64,000 bases of DNA from Octopus vulgaris (lineage: Eukaryota), in the NCBI GenBank assembly GCA_951406725.2, contig OX597834.1, positions 13,392,001 to 13,456,000 of the forward strand, written 5' to 3'. Below the pieces are notes generated by a model. The model was not told the origin of the DNA. It worked only from the letters and a program-made list of their open reading frames with translations, and made no database searches. The translations under genes and the position numbers were made by a program. Shown here one piece after another: positions 14,250 to 27,789 of this stretch (positions are counted from its first letter, which is position 1; the number at the start of each line of letters is the position of its first letter).

Positions 14250-14614
14250 TGATTGAATCGGTGCAACATGAATAACGTGTCTTGCACAAGAACACAAAAC
14301 ACAGACCGGTCTTGGAACCGAACTCACTACATCATTATTGTGAACGTGAGGTACTAACTACAGACTCATACCTATTTCTTTATTACCCACAAGGAGCTAA
14401 ACACAGAGGGAACAAACAAGGACAGACAAACGGATTAAGTCGATTACATCGACCCCGGTTCGTACTTAATTTATCGACCCCGAAAGGATGAAAGGCAAAG
14501 TCGACCTCGGCGGAATTTGAACTCACAACGTAACGCAGACGAAATACTGCTAAGCATTTCGCCCGGCGTGCTAACGTTTCTGCCAGCACGCCGCCTACAG
14601 ACTCATACACCTTC
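14250..14614 (-). mobile_element. Old CORE-like tRNA SINE remnant interrupted by a family B SINE
   Basis: GCAACATGAATAACGTGTCTTGCACAAGAACAC..GAACCGAACTCAC resembles the reverse complement of the CORE-type heads at 36650-36764 and 51819. Confidence 0.55.
14372..14594 (-). mobile_element. SINE family B (Meta/MESC-domain-like) with 14-bp TSD
   Basis: Contains the reverse complement of GCCTTTCATCCTTTCGGGGTCGATAAATTAAGTAC; TSD CTACAGACTCATAC at 14358-14371 and 14595-14608. Confidence 0.92.
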
Positions 14615-15350
14615 GTGATGTATAACAGCGTCGTATATCATTACAGTTACAATGGACTATCCATTGCACATACATATAACGTTGAACATTGAACATATCT
14701 CAATTATATCCTAATGGGTGTGTGTTTCAATTATTAGCACGTATATCATTTCTTTTTGTTGCTTTCGAACCGCATGTATCCTGTATCTCTAACCATTTAA
14801 TCGATAAAGAAGAGGTTGATCTTGAGAAAAAATCTGTGCCGTATATTCGACTCCCAATACGTTCATTGAGGTATTGCTCTGGAAGTTTCCAATGCTTAAA
14901 ATTGTAGACATTTTCGCTCCACGTTAATTTAAGAATGTCGCTATTCCACAGAAAATATTAGTAAAGAAAACTTGTGGTGATAATAGTGCAAAGGCACATT
15001 GCATTACTTTTTAATCCTTTATTGAATTAGTAATTAAAATCCATGCCCTGTATAGATTAATACGTGTTCGAAATTCGATGTTTAAGAAAATAGAATACAC
15101 CTTAGAGCATTTCCAAACATTTTCACACGGCAGAGATTTATCCTTTGATAAGCTAGTTTAGTTTTAATGTTCATAAAAAAGCGATAGTGAACGGTTAGAT
15201 GAACAACAGTTAGCTAACACGGATAGCAGTAGATTTGAAATTGTTACAATCAATGCCAGCTTCCACTAGGTTCCACCCAAACGAATTACTTTGAAGATAT
15301 TCAGTATAAATTTGAGATTTTTCGTTTATTTCGTTGCCGACGAAAGTTTG

Positions 15351-15352
<2 letters not shown>

Positions 15353-15419
<67 letters not shown>

Positions 15420-15640
15420 TATATATATATGTATATGAATATATATGTGCGTATATATGTGTGTATATTTATATATATGTATAGATAAGTATGTATTTAT
15501 ATGTATGTATATATATGTATATGTATTTATATGTATATATATGTATATATATATATGTATATATATGTATATATATATATGTATCTATATATATATATAT
15601 ATGTATGTATGTATATGTATATATGTATGTATATATTCAT

Positions 15641-15689
<49 letters not shown>

Positions 15690-15812
15690 TGTATGTGTCT
15701 ATACAGATATATACGTACGTATGAACATATCCATCTCTCTATCTATTTATCTATCTATCTATCTCTCTCTATATATATACATACACAGACACACACATAT
15801 ATATACCCACAC

Positions 15813-15878
<66 letters not shown>

Positions 15879-15912
15879 ATGAGATGATAGATAGGTAGAT
15901 AGTTAGATAGAC
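15353..15912. repeat. Long compound (TA)n/(TATG)n/(TG)n/(GATA)n microsatellite
   Basis: Read directly. Confidence 0.95.
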
Positions 15913-16647
15913 AGATTCAGTGATAGTAAATTTATAGTTTTAAAACACGACTTTGTGCATCATCAGATATAAAATGCGCAACTACAGAGACCTATCTAAA
16001 TGCAGAGTGGTCAAAGGATGAGATATGCATATTTCTATACATTTGATATAATATAATATCTATACGGTATCTCTTGACCACTCTACACTGAAATCGATTT
16101 CTGTCAGGTGGATTATTATCACCTGAAAACCACCTGAAAATCAATAAAGCAAAAACTATTTCATAAATGCTGGTGAGAGAAAAAAAATAAAAACGTCATA
16201 AATTTTATTGTCTTTGAAGCTTCTTCTTTATAGGAATCTATCATTCCACTGCTATTAGAAGAAACATCTATTTTTCATAGTTACCTTTCCAAGTACAATT
16301 TTACCACTTAAGGATCTCCATTAATTCCTGATATATGTAGCTTCAAATTTGAAGATCATAGAATGGATTGTATCTTATTCACACACTCGGTTGGCATTAC
16401 ACTTCGAAATTCATAAATCTTAGCAGTCGTATATCATCGAACAGCTATTTCGACAGAGAAATACCTTTCGTATGAAATCCACTTCTGTGTTTTACAACTC
16501 TATTCATGCGTTTAATGTAATAAATAAATCGTTCACCACTCAACATCAAATATACTGATACGATAAAGCATTATGCGAAATCAATCCAGAAAAGTTCGGT
16601 TTCTAAAATTTGGCTAATCTTATGAATTGTTATGTAACCTTGAGATA

Positions 16648-16958
16648 TTGTTGTTTGTTTGTTCCTTCTCGAGCCACGTCTGGCTCATGAGAGCCGGTTT
16701 CCTGGTTTCCTTGGCGTGTAGGCTCCCTACCTGGACGGGACGTCGGTCCGTCGCAGGTGAGCTATAAGATGCAGGAGGAAAGAATGAGAGAATGTTGTGG
16801 TGAAAGAGTCAGCATAAGTTATCCATTACTTTCTGCTGGAGCCACGTGGAGCTTAGGTTTTTCGCTCATAAATACACATATCGTCTGCTCTGAGAATCGA
16901 ACCCACGATCCCTTGACCGCGAGTCCGCTGCTCTAACCACTAGGCCATGTGCGTCCAC
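16648..16958 (-). mobile_element. SINE, family C head with V-like tail
   Basis: Reverse-complement homologue of 1865-2170. Confidence 0.88.
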
Positions 16959-16992
16959 ATCCTCGTGTTATACACAACTAATATTTTCTTTC

Positions 16993-17112
16993 ATTCTAGT
17001 CACGAAGCCCAAAATTTTAGAGGAGCGGGGCCAGTAGATTAGATCGACTCCAGTACGCAACTGGTACTTAATTTATCGACCCCGAAAGGACGAAAGGCAA
17101 AGTCGACATCGG
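16993..17112 (-). mobile_element. SINE family B fragment
   Basis: CTGGTACTTAATTTATCGACCCCGAAAGGACGAAAGGCAAAGTCGAC. Confidence 0.8.
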
Positions 17113-17354
17113 TTCGAATCTTTGTTGTTGAAATCATGACAAAATTGTATCCAAATGCCAGACTATGTAGCACTTAGTTTGATGGTGTGTCTAAATTCCG
17201 TATACTAAATTAGATGGTACGTCTGAACCCGTTCGTCCGAAGAGTGATGTTGTGTGTTGTATTTTATGTTGTATTTTTCAATGTCACTGGTGGTTTATCT
17301 GACGGATGTATCTCAACTTCCTATCAGGTAGTGCCCAAGTGTGTCCTGATAAAA

Positions 17355-17388
<34 letters not shown>

Positions 17389-17414
17389 ATATACATATAC
17401 ACACATACGCGCAC

Positions 17415-17476
<62 letters not shown>

Positions 17477-18143
17477 GCAGTGTGGCCCGGAAATCCCTAC
17501 CCATCCAAATTTTGTATCTTGTGTATCTGTATGCTTTCCCTAATTCTCGCTGCATAATATTACGCTACGCCATGTTCTGTAAGACCTTTCCTTCACCATA
17601 TCAGGGGTTATTGCTCCAAATGCCGTGGTAATATCTCCCTTCAATTCATCATAATTGCTGTTTAGACACAATGTCATTTATATATCCACAAAGAGAGCTA
17701 TCACATGTTGTCAAGTCCTGGCTTCTTGCGGGCCATTTCATGGGCGCCGCAGATGTTACAGAGCATCGACTTATCCTTTTGTCTGGAAAATTGTCATCTC
17801 ATTGAAACCAAATCTCCTCTCTGATATTCAGTCCATCGACTTTGGATATAAACCGTTGTTGTAAAATCTTTAGTTATGAGGTATGGTTTACTAGCCAGTT
17901 CAAAAAGTATGGTCCAGTGAATTGAATACTATTAAGTGCTGCCCGCATCATGAGATGCAGAATGTTGTATTCAATTTCTACACAATAATGAAGATTCTCC
18001 TTTACGGAGAAGTAAACATTTCGCGCCCGACTCGTGCGGTAAATTACGCACTTATCTGAAAATATCATTTTTTTTCCTCCAGAACGAATCGTATTGAATA
18101 ATATACTGACATACAAACGGGCCGGGACTTACGGTCAAGCCTA
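17477..18143 (-). mobile_element. Internally deleted Tc1/mariner-superfamily element
   Basis: Minus-strand MIFSDKCVIYR..RNVYFSVKENLHY..HLMMRAA..GPYF (ORF 17874-18116), then WPARSQDLTTCDSSLCGYINDIV (cf. WPARSPDLTPCDFFLWGYIK) and DELKGDITTAF; possible degenerate TIRs CAGTGTGGCCCGGAAATCCC / GGGACTTACGGTCAAGCCT. Confidence 0.85.
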
Positions 18144-18214
18144 CCCATGTGAGTGTTTGTGTATGTCTGGATACTAGTGTATACCCTTTCCGTGAGCATT
18201 TTCGATATTGTAAC

Positions 18215-18275
<61 letters not shown>

Positions 18276-18391
18276 AACGCATCTGTATGCAAAGTAAGAT
18301 TTCTGAGTATGATTTTCGTTTCCCTACTGAAGAATATAATGGGTAAAATACCATCCAGAACATTTCTCTTTATTATTACTGCTCATACTCA

Positions 18392-18595
18392 CGCACAGGA
18401 GTGGCTGCGTGGTAAGTAGCTTGCTTACGAACCACATGGTTCTGGGTTCAGTCCCAATGCGTGTCACCTTGGGCAAGTGTCTTCTACTATAGCCTCGGGC
18501 CGACCAAAGCTTTGTGAGTGGATTTGGTAAACGGAAACTGAACGAAGCTCGTCGTATGTATGTATGTATATATATATATATATATATATACATAC

Positions 18596-18631
<36 letters not shown>

Positions 18632-18820
18632 CTGTGTTTGTCCCGCTAGCATTGCTGGTGTGTTTATGTCACCGTCACTTAGTGGATCGGCAAGAAGAGA
18701 CCGATAGAATAAGTACTGGGCTTACAAAAGAATAAATCCCGTGGTCAGGTTGCTCGACTACAGGCGGTGCTCCAGCATGGCCGCAGTCAAATGACTGAAA
18801 CAAGTAAAAGAGTGAAAGAG
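18392..18820 (+). mobile_element. SINE family A, full length
   Basis: Head, internal microsatellite and GTAAAAGA-type tail as in the other copies. Confidence 0.92.
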
Positions 18821-19757
18821 CAGGTATGTAAAAAGTATATATACAATGCATTTTATCTGAGTTATCTATACTCATATCCGTAGATAATACTCAGAGAGTA
18901 TCCTGATATATCGTTAACATTTAGGTGAAAATGAAACGTTCGCAGTCAGCTAAGTTTTCGTTTCCTGACTAGATCGAAATTTCTATGGGAAAGACCCTCA
19001 GTATTCTCATTTTTTATTCCCTCTCTCATCATCTTCCTATCTCTCTCCCTTTCTCTCTTTGTCTCTCTCTCTCTCACACTCTCTCTCTCTCTCAAATTAT
19101 TCATGCTATTCTGAATTGATTTAGCACCTACATTGCTTTTTCTATTATTGTTTGGTGAAGAAGAAGAAGCGACTGTATAAGTTCCTCCTTTTTGCGTTTT
19201 ACTAATTTTAATCGTTTAGGTTTTCTACGTCATTGCACGATGGAAATCTTTATTTTTGTATGAGCAACAAGCATCACCTACTTTTGAACCTATTTGTAGC
19301 AAACAAGAATCACCATCTTTATGCTTCTGCTTTGCACATTAAGCCTAAGTGACAGAATGACAAACCCGTAAATCTGAAATGAAGTTGTTAGCTGGCTTAG
19401 GTAAGCAATTATTAGAAGTGACTTGCACATTCTGTAAAATCTCTGAATAATTCATTGCTGTTATTATAGATGTCGCTGTTCTGACACTGCGCTGTGCCAA
19501 TTAAAATATATCAAATTTAATTGAATTATATAAATATACTTCCGTTAATTATTATGCTATATTTCCTTCCTTAGGGTATTCATCTTCAGCACGATAAATA
19601 TCGGTTAGATTATGAGGCTACAATCCAGAGAATTTATGTATATGTCAGGCTGAGTTGCTAGCAAGTTCAGCTAATGACATCTGCTAGTATGCTATGGAGC
19701 AATATACTTATTTTTTTACAATTAAAGTTTACTTATATACGTTGCAAACTATTTTGG

Positions 19758-20143
19758 TGGAAGCACTCCGTCGGTTACGACGACGAGGGTTCCGGTTGAT
19801 CCGAATCAACGGAACAGCCTGCTCGTGAAATTAACGTGTAAGTGGCTGAGCACTCCACAGACACGTGTACCCTTAACGTAGTTCTCGGGGGGATATTCAG
19901 CGTGACACAGAGAGTGACAAGGCCGGCCCTTTTGAAATACAGGTACAACAGAAACAGGAAGAAAGAGTGAGAGAAAGTTGTGGTGAAAGAGTACAGCAGG
20001 GATCACCACCATCCCCTGCCGGAGCCTCGTGGAGCTTTAGGTGTTTTCGCTCAATAAACACTCATATCGCCCGGTCTGGAAATCGATACCGCGATCCTAT
20101 GACCGCGAATCCGCTGCTCTAACCACTGGGCCATTGCGCCTCC
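19758..20143 (-). mobile_element. SINE family C, young copy with 20-bp TSD
   Basis: Near-identical to 32648, 58831 and 61512; TSD TTATATACGTTGCAAACTAT at 19733-19752 and 20148-20167. Confidence 0.95.
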
Positions 20144-20469
20144 TTATTTATATACGTTGCAAACTATACGTGGAAATAAACGACATATAAAGTGTATGGA
20201 AATAATGCTCTTGAATAAAAGAGAGCATTTATTCAACCTATATGAATCTCATTATTTGGGGTAAGCTTTTGACATTTTGCATTAGATTTTTTGTAGTGTT
20301 TCATAAAGTTGTGCTCGCGACATGACTAGCTTCTTTAACATGGGAGTACATATTTGGATTCCTGTCGAGGCGTCTGTAAAAATGCTTTCTCTGAATTGAA
20401 ATAATGTTATATTTATCATGAAGGATGTAAGGTGATTTCTTTATCCCCAGTAAATATTTTCTGAAGATT

Positions 20470-20894
20470 ACCTATTTCTTTATTGGCCACAAGGGGCTAA
20501 ACATAGAGGGGACAAACAAGGACAGACATAGGTGTTAAGTCGATTACGTCGACCCCAGTGCGTAACTGGTACTTAATTTATCGACCCCGAAAGGATGAAA
20601 GGCAAAGTGGAATTTAAACTCAGAACGGAATTTAAACTCAGAACGTAGCAGCAGACGAAATACCTATTTCTTTATTACCCACAAGGGGCTAGACATAGAG
20701 GGGACAAACAAGGACAGACATAGGTATTAAGTCGATTACATCGACACCAGTGCGTAACTGGTACTTAATTTATCGACCCCGAAAGGATGAAAGGCAAAGT
20801 CGACCTCGGCGGAATTTGAACTCTGAACGTAGCGGCAGACGAAATACGGCTAAGCATTTCGTCCGGCGGGCTAACGTTTCTGCCAGCTTGCCGC
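20470..20894 (-). mobile_element. SINE family B, full unit plus tandem partial unit
   Basis: Two copies of the body and tail; junction AGACGAAATACCTATTTCTTTA at ~20652-20673. Confidence 0.92.
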
Positions 20895-21961
20895 TATTTC
20901 CTGAATATATGCTTATTTTCAAGATAAGAGCACTGTGTTTATTGAAGATTGTCACTTTTCACATTGCCGTATTATTTCCATAAACACGATGTGCCACTTC
21001 ACACCAGTACTATCTCCATATACTGAGATAGCGAACGTAGCTAGCGATAGAGAATTAGCGACACAGTATCATTCATAAACACGAATGCAAATCTAATGCA
21101 CATGAATGTTCTTTCGTTTTGGTGAACGCATTTTAAAATCATTATAGATACAAAAGGGTTAATTTTCACAATATTTGACTGGAAGAAAATACATGTAGAA
21201 TCATACACAGAAGAAATTCAACTGTTTTCCAAATATTTATTTACCCGCGGGCGGCAACACTTGACATCTACATTTGTTGCAACTTTGTTCTGCGTATAAA
21301 ATTACTTCTATACAAGTTTCCGCTCGATAGTTTCATGTAACGTCTGAAGGCAACGAACCACACCCGCTTATTTATCTCAGGTCATCTGTACTGTGATTTA
21401 ATATTTAGGTCTTATATTAATCCCCTTCGCCCGTCCTTTGGCAGAAAGCCTTCTTCGTCTATATATTCCCGCAGGGTTTGTCTTGAAGATATTTTGCGCG
21501 TATATTAACCATCCGCTCATTTCAGGTAGGCAACGCATTCGAATGCAGCCATACTGCATGATTGAATCATTAACAAATTATCTGAAAGTTCGACAAATGG
21601 AAATATCCTTCTATTTCCGCCACATTTTATAAAATGAAGGGGAATTTAAATAAACTCATAAACTTCCTTACTATACTGAAATATTCGTTGTTTGACATTT
21701 GACGTGTTTGACGTTAAATATAAAATTAAAGTGTGTCGAAGTAAAACTATTACTACATGTAAAATAATTCTTCACCCATTTTATACGCTAGGTAAGTAGT
21801 TAAAGATTTTGATTTGTGTTTCCAAAAAATACGTAATTTTAAACCTTGTCATTCTTAGAAAGCAAGGTTTTTGGGAAGCAGAATTCATATAGATGGATTA
21901 ATATGCCAATCATTGCATAGGTGACATAATATTTATAAAATACTTATTACACATTTTTTCT

Positions 21962-22018
<57 letters not shown>

Positions 22019-22020
22019 GA

Positions 22021-22256
22021 TATAAGATAAAAAATGTTTCGGGAAAAAAATTTTATCAATGGCCAGCATATCAAAAAATGCCTTTGAAGGTAAAATTTAA
22101 ACATAATTTACAAGATAAGGGCAGAAGAAAAATTCTAATGCCAGATACGCCGAAACCCAAAAATTTCGATAACCATTAAATTTAATGGTTATCGACAATT
22201 TTTTGCTTCGGCGTATCTGGCATTAGAATTTTTCTTCTGCCCTTATCTTGTAAATC

Positions 22257-22260
<4 letters not shown>
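22021..22260. mobile_element. Asymmetric fold-back element in (TA)n; ~80-bp near-perfect hairpin 22101-22260
   Basis: ACATAATTTACAAGATAAGGGCAGAAGAAAAATTCTAATGCCAGATACGCCGAA..ATAACCATTAAA|TTTAATGGTTAT..reverse complement; unpaired leader TGGCCAGCATAT..CCTTTGAAGGT shared with 7863-8000. Confidence 0.85.
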
Positions 22261-22337
<77 letters not shown>

Positions 22338-23939
22338 TATATAGGGAGGCATTATTACATGAACAGTACTTACACACTCAAAATCAATAAATGATTTAGC
22401 AAACCGGATTTGGCATTCTACTCTTCCGAGAGTTAATTTGATACGGTTAAATCATTAGCAGAAAAATTAACAATTAGTATAGTTGCATGCAGTTTGCATT
22501 AGGCTTCTTGCCGCTAGCTTTCTTTATTAGAAAGTAACGTGCAATTATAAAGTGCATCGTAGTTTTGTAGATTTCCGGCATCACGAGCGCCTTCACGGCG
22601 ATTAATACGAATTAATAACAGTTATTAATAATACCCTTAGGGTATTCGGGATTACACGGTCTCAGCTTTTAATTCTCGCAAATATTGTTAGGTGCAATCT
22701 ACTGAAATATTTCATGAATAAGGCGCTATTTTATAACAGATAATTATTCTGAGGTGTAAATTATAATAATCACTGCATTTCTATGCAATGCACTGCAATT
22801 TTGCACTGTTAAGAATGCATAGGATTTTGAAATACCAAATTATTTACGATAGCGAAATAGAAGGAGGTTCAAAGCGTGGTCTGACTGAAATTTAATCTTT
22901 CACGTAATGCAGTTCCGCTGAAAGAATATTAAGTCGCTACCCTCATGTTTCATTGACAATTACACTAGACATATGTGACCTCTTCGACATCACAGATTAT
23001 ATTACATGTGACGTTATTATTGTTGATCAAACCTGATATACGTGATTTGTGATGAAGGGGACGTTGCGGCTGTTACAGCGCTCTGGTTTTGTATAGAAGG
23101 TGGACCGGGAGAATAAAGACTTTTGTACTTTCCTTACTGAATCTTCCCTTTAATCACAGTTTGAATTAGGATGTAATTAAAAAGAGGCTTGCTTTCCATT
23201 TACAACGTATTGCGCGACCGAATAAATATTCTCTAATTTACTCGATATGTTTCTTCAATTGTGATGTGAGAATGGGCGGTAAATTAGACGAAAACGGGAT
23301 CTAATACTATGCCACGAAGAATTACTTGTGGGTATGTACTTTTCAAATACTACAGTCGTACGCTTTAAAATTCATTTGATGAAAATGAATATGATAATCC
23401 GCGGATTAACTAGCTGAGGTCAGTTCATTATGAACCATATCCCATTCGAACAAAGAGCTATTGTTTGCAGAAATATATCCTAGATTAGGAGTGTTATCTG
23501 GGAGTTATTGGAGGTATTTATTCAGGAACTATTTCGAAGTTACGATATATTTTTCGTTTCTTTCACTTCATTGCATATTGTTAATGAGAACAAGGCTTGT
23601 TGTGATCAAATACTGATTAGGCGATAGGAATGTTTTTGTAGAAGATTGATGCCACGAATATGAAGCTTTGATTGAATTTTCAAGTTTATGTGAACATTAG
23701 TTGGGCAAAGCTGTTGCTATATTTTCTGCATCATCTAAATTATGTAGCAATGACGGTGGTGCGGATGGATTAATCTCTGAGGTTTGGGAAATAATCCTAA
23801 TAATCAACACTTCTCATATCGTCTATTTTTTTATCATTGATCACTGGGTTACTGCAAATTTATTTTTTGTTTCGTATAAAAAGACTTCAGCGTACACGCG
23901 TATTCACATTTACGACGGGTAAAGGTGTAGCGGAGAAGG

Positions 23940-24720
23940 GTAATGGTAGGGATCTCCAGGGCTGATAGTCTTGAGGGTCCTTGAGCACGCTTGATGTACC
24001 ATTTTCACTTTACTGTGTGTTTGCTGGCACTACGTTTTCGCTGGACTGTTTGGTTAAACGCAGCTTGCAGCTGTACCGAGGTATATTGATACAAATGTAT
24101 TGTTAAATAGTTGCTCGTCGTGTTTTCCGCCCATCGGATGACAGCAACCAGGTCAGATTGAAGATTAATCTGGTATTTACCCTATCGCTGACCATCAGAA
24201 GCTTAGAGACATCAGCAAGGTTTCTAATTCTGTTATGTTTCATGACGTTAATGAAATGGATCCGCCCTGGTTGATTGCATTGTAGGACCACAATCAGGAC
24301 AATTGCAGAGCTATATTGAACACCGTCTACTAGAGAATACTGGGTTCTGTTCAAATTAGACATGTTATCTATTTTCATAATCTCACGGAGTCCAATCTCA
24401 GATAAGCTTTTTGAATTGGCTGTTTGGGTCAATCTTGTCGAAGTGCTTGCTGATATGAAGCTATATAACATCCACATTAAAGTCCCCTCTCAATGCTTTT
24501 AGGATGCCTTCAATTTGATGCAGAAACTGTGTTTGGTAGTTCCTGCCATTTCGGAATATATTGACTCTTACTTTCCAGAAAGTGAGGTGCTCGGGATATC
24601 ACCAGTATCTCTAACAGGTTGTTGATTTAAAGATATGAGTGTTGCGATCAGTCGTTAATTCACTACCTACGATTTGTTGGACTTTTTCAAAACTGGGACT
24701 ATTGACCGAGACAGGAAATT
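23940..24720 (-). pseudogene. Decayed CR1/L2-type LINE reverse transcriptase remnant
   Basis: Minus-strand NVDVI*LHISKHFDKID (cf. VDVIYLDFSKAFDKVD), LNRTQYSLVDG, NLADVSKL (cf. FADDTKL), LQSDLVAVIRWA (cf. LQxDLxxVxxWA). Confidence 0.75.
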
Positions 24721-24873
24721 ATCGGAAATATAGCCAGCGTCCAGTGATGTTCACCACAAAGTAGTCTTAAAAGATTGCCTGTTGATGTCGTCATTCCTTC
24801 GGTATTCTAAACGAAGAAACTGTCAAGTCATGCATTTAAGCTCTTCGTAATTTTGTTGATGGCTGCTATAATA

Positions 24874-25105
24874 ACCTATTTCTTTACTACCCACAAGGGG
24901 CTAAACACAGAGGGGACGAACAAGGACAGACAAACGGATTAAGTCAATTATATCGACCCCAGTGCGTAACTAGTACTTATTTAATCGATCCCGAAAAGAT
25001 GAAAGGCAAAGTCGACCTCGGCGGAATTTGAACACAGAACGTAAAGACAGACGAAATACCGCTAAGAATTTCGCCTGGTGTGCTAACGTTTCTGCCAGGG
25101 CACCA
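24874..25105 (-). mobile_element. SINE family B, full length
   Basis: Homologous to 14372-14594. Confidence 0.9.
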
Positions 25106-25607
25106 CACGATATATCGAATAGAGTATGCTGTGTGTTTTTTCACCGATGCTATACATATTAGGATTGCTTCAGTTAGAGCACTACACGCATATGGGCTCT
25201 AATGAGTAGCGCCACATGCTAGGGATAGAGGCCAAATGGCTCTAAGCACTACATTTTTTATCACATTGACAAGGACTGAAAGCGAGGAAATCTATTTAAA
25301 TATCGAACATGAGTTAAACATTCAGAGGAAAATGATCTCATGTATTTTTAAACAAGTCAAAACACATTTATTTTTTAAACACTGAATGTAAAATAATATA
25401 CTATATCTATTATTATAATCCGCTAACTCATTTATTTCACTGAGATTTATTTCAAATATAATATATTTATAGTAGTTTAATAAACTATCATGTTATATAA
25501 CATGACACAAACTATGCATTATGTAACGTAATAGAAATAAACACCGTTAAATTTATGGTTCACTTGTTATTGTAATATTGACATATTTATTCCCAAGCAC
25601 TTAGAAG

Positions 25608-25623
25608 TAGTAGTAGTAAAATG

Positions 25624-25686
<63 letters not shown>

Positions 25687-25848
25687 GTAATAATAATGGT
25701 AATGATGATGATAATGATGATGATAATAATAATAATAATAATGGTAATAATAAAGATAATGAGGATGATAATGATGATGATGATAATGATGATGATAATA
25801 ATAATAATAATAATGGTAATAATAAAGATAATGAGGATGATAATGATG

Positions 25849-25935
<87 letters not shown>

Positions 25936-26028
25936 TTAATAATAATGGTAATGATGATGATAATGATGATGATAATAATAATAATAATAATGGTAATAAT
26001 AAAGATAATGAGGATGATAATGATGATG

Positions 26029-26065
<37 letters not shown>

Positions 26066-26141
26066 TGATGATGATAATGATGATAATGCTGATGATAATA
26101 ATAATAATAATAATAATAAAAATAATAATAATGATAATAAA

Positions 26142-26221
<80 letters not shown>

Positions 26222-26230
26222 TACTAATAC

Positions 26231-26283
<53 letters not shown>

Positions 26284-26341
26284 GTAAAAAAAAAATAAGA
26301 AGAAGAATGTCAACAACAACAGCAACAGCATCAGCAACAAC
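25608..26341. repeat. ~730-bp (ATA/ATG)n trinucleotide mosaic with higher-order units
   Basis: ATGGTAATAATAAAGATAATGAGGATGATAATGATGAT recurs at ~25741, 25813 and 25990; the 225-aa poly-I/M ORF is an artefact. Confidence 0.95.
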
Positions 26342-26507
26342 AAAAACTCCTATTTTCTATATTTACATTTTTTTTATTATTATCAGATATCGCGAAAATA
26401 GTATTAGGAAAATATTAGCTATTAAATTATACATTTTAGTATGAATATAGTCGTTATTTCAACGAAACGCACACATACATACGCACGCACACACACACTC
26501 ACATGCA

Positions 26508-26547
<40 letters not shown>

Positions 26548-27010
26548 CTATGAATTTCATTTAGAGTATTTTATTTAATAACAATAACTATCATATTTGA
26601 AAATAGAATGATAATAAACATAACATAACTCTTCAAATGTGTTTTTTTTTCCGAATTTGAATTTAAATCAGATTTTCCTTTTCTTTCTCTTTTTGGGGTG
26701 GGCGATCGCTTATTACAAACACACTGGTTCCGTGATTTTTCACTTACGGTCACATATAAAATGAAACCATTCTTTCCTTTTTTTCTTTTTTGGTTTCACA
26801 TTTACTTCAAAATGTTCCTGTAGACGAATTGTGGAATCCTAAATCGTAATTCATTTTCGCTACTTTATGTATATTTCAGTATTATCATTATTTGATAACA
26901 AATTGAATTTCAAATGTTTTTCCATGCATATATAATGTATACATAATGTATACAAATACATACATGTATACATACATAAATACATACATATATATCTATA
27001 TATGTATATA

Positions 27011-27174
<164 letters not shown>

Positions 27175-27281
27175 CATGCATGTGTATATATGTTTGTGTG
27201 TGCGGCTATGAACAGAAATGGAAAAAGTTGTAAGTCAAATTCACTACAGTAAAGCAACGTATTGTTCATCATTTATATTCT

Positions 27282-27362
<81 letters not shown>

Positions 27363-27789
27363 CGTGTCTGTGTATATACTTTCGTAAATTCCTCATTTTC
27401 TGTACCTATATCTCTAGACCTTCTTGGATCAATTTAGGTGTGTTGCCAATGAGAGCTATCTGGTGATATTTTCTCAATTTATAAAGACATTCGTAATTCT
27501 GAAATCACGATGCAGAGAAACAATCCACCAAATTTTAGACTGAACTGCATTTTAGGAAGCTGAAAAAACAATTTACAATTAAAGTCTAGCTTCTGGCATG
27601 CTAAGCAGTGAGCCTCGATGCTATTATATATACTGATGCGTTTCTGAAACGCGAAAGCAGGGATTTCAATATTATTATGTGGAACATTTTCGCTGATATC
27701 TTAACATCCGTACCGTACTCAGTAAAGTTGTTATTTTTCATGATTGTTCCTTCCTTCATACTCTTACTTGATGGACCTGCGTTGATTCC

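Noticed and set aside
19806-20012. Recurrent ORF MVVIPAVLFHHNFLSL..NFTSRLFR (also at 32718, 58879, 61645)
   Set aside because: Lies inside SINE family C; recurrence reflects repeat copies, not a gene family
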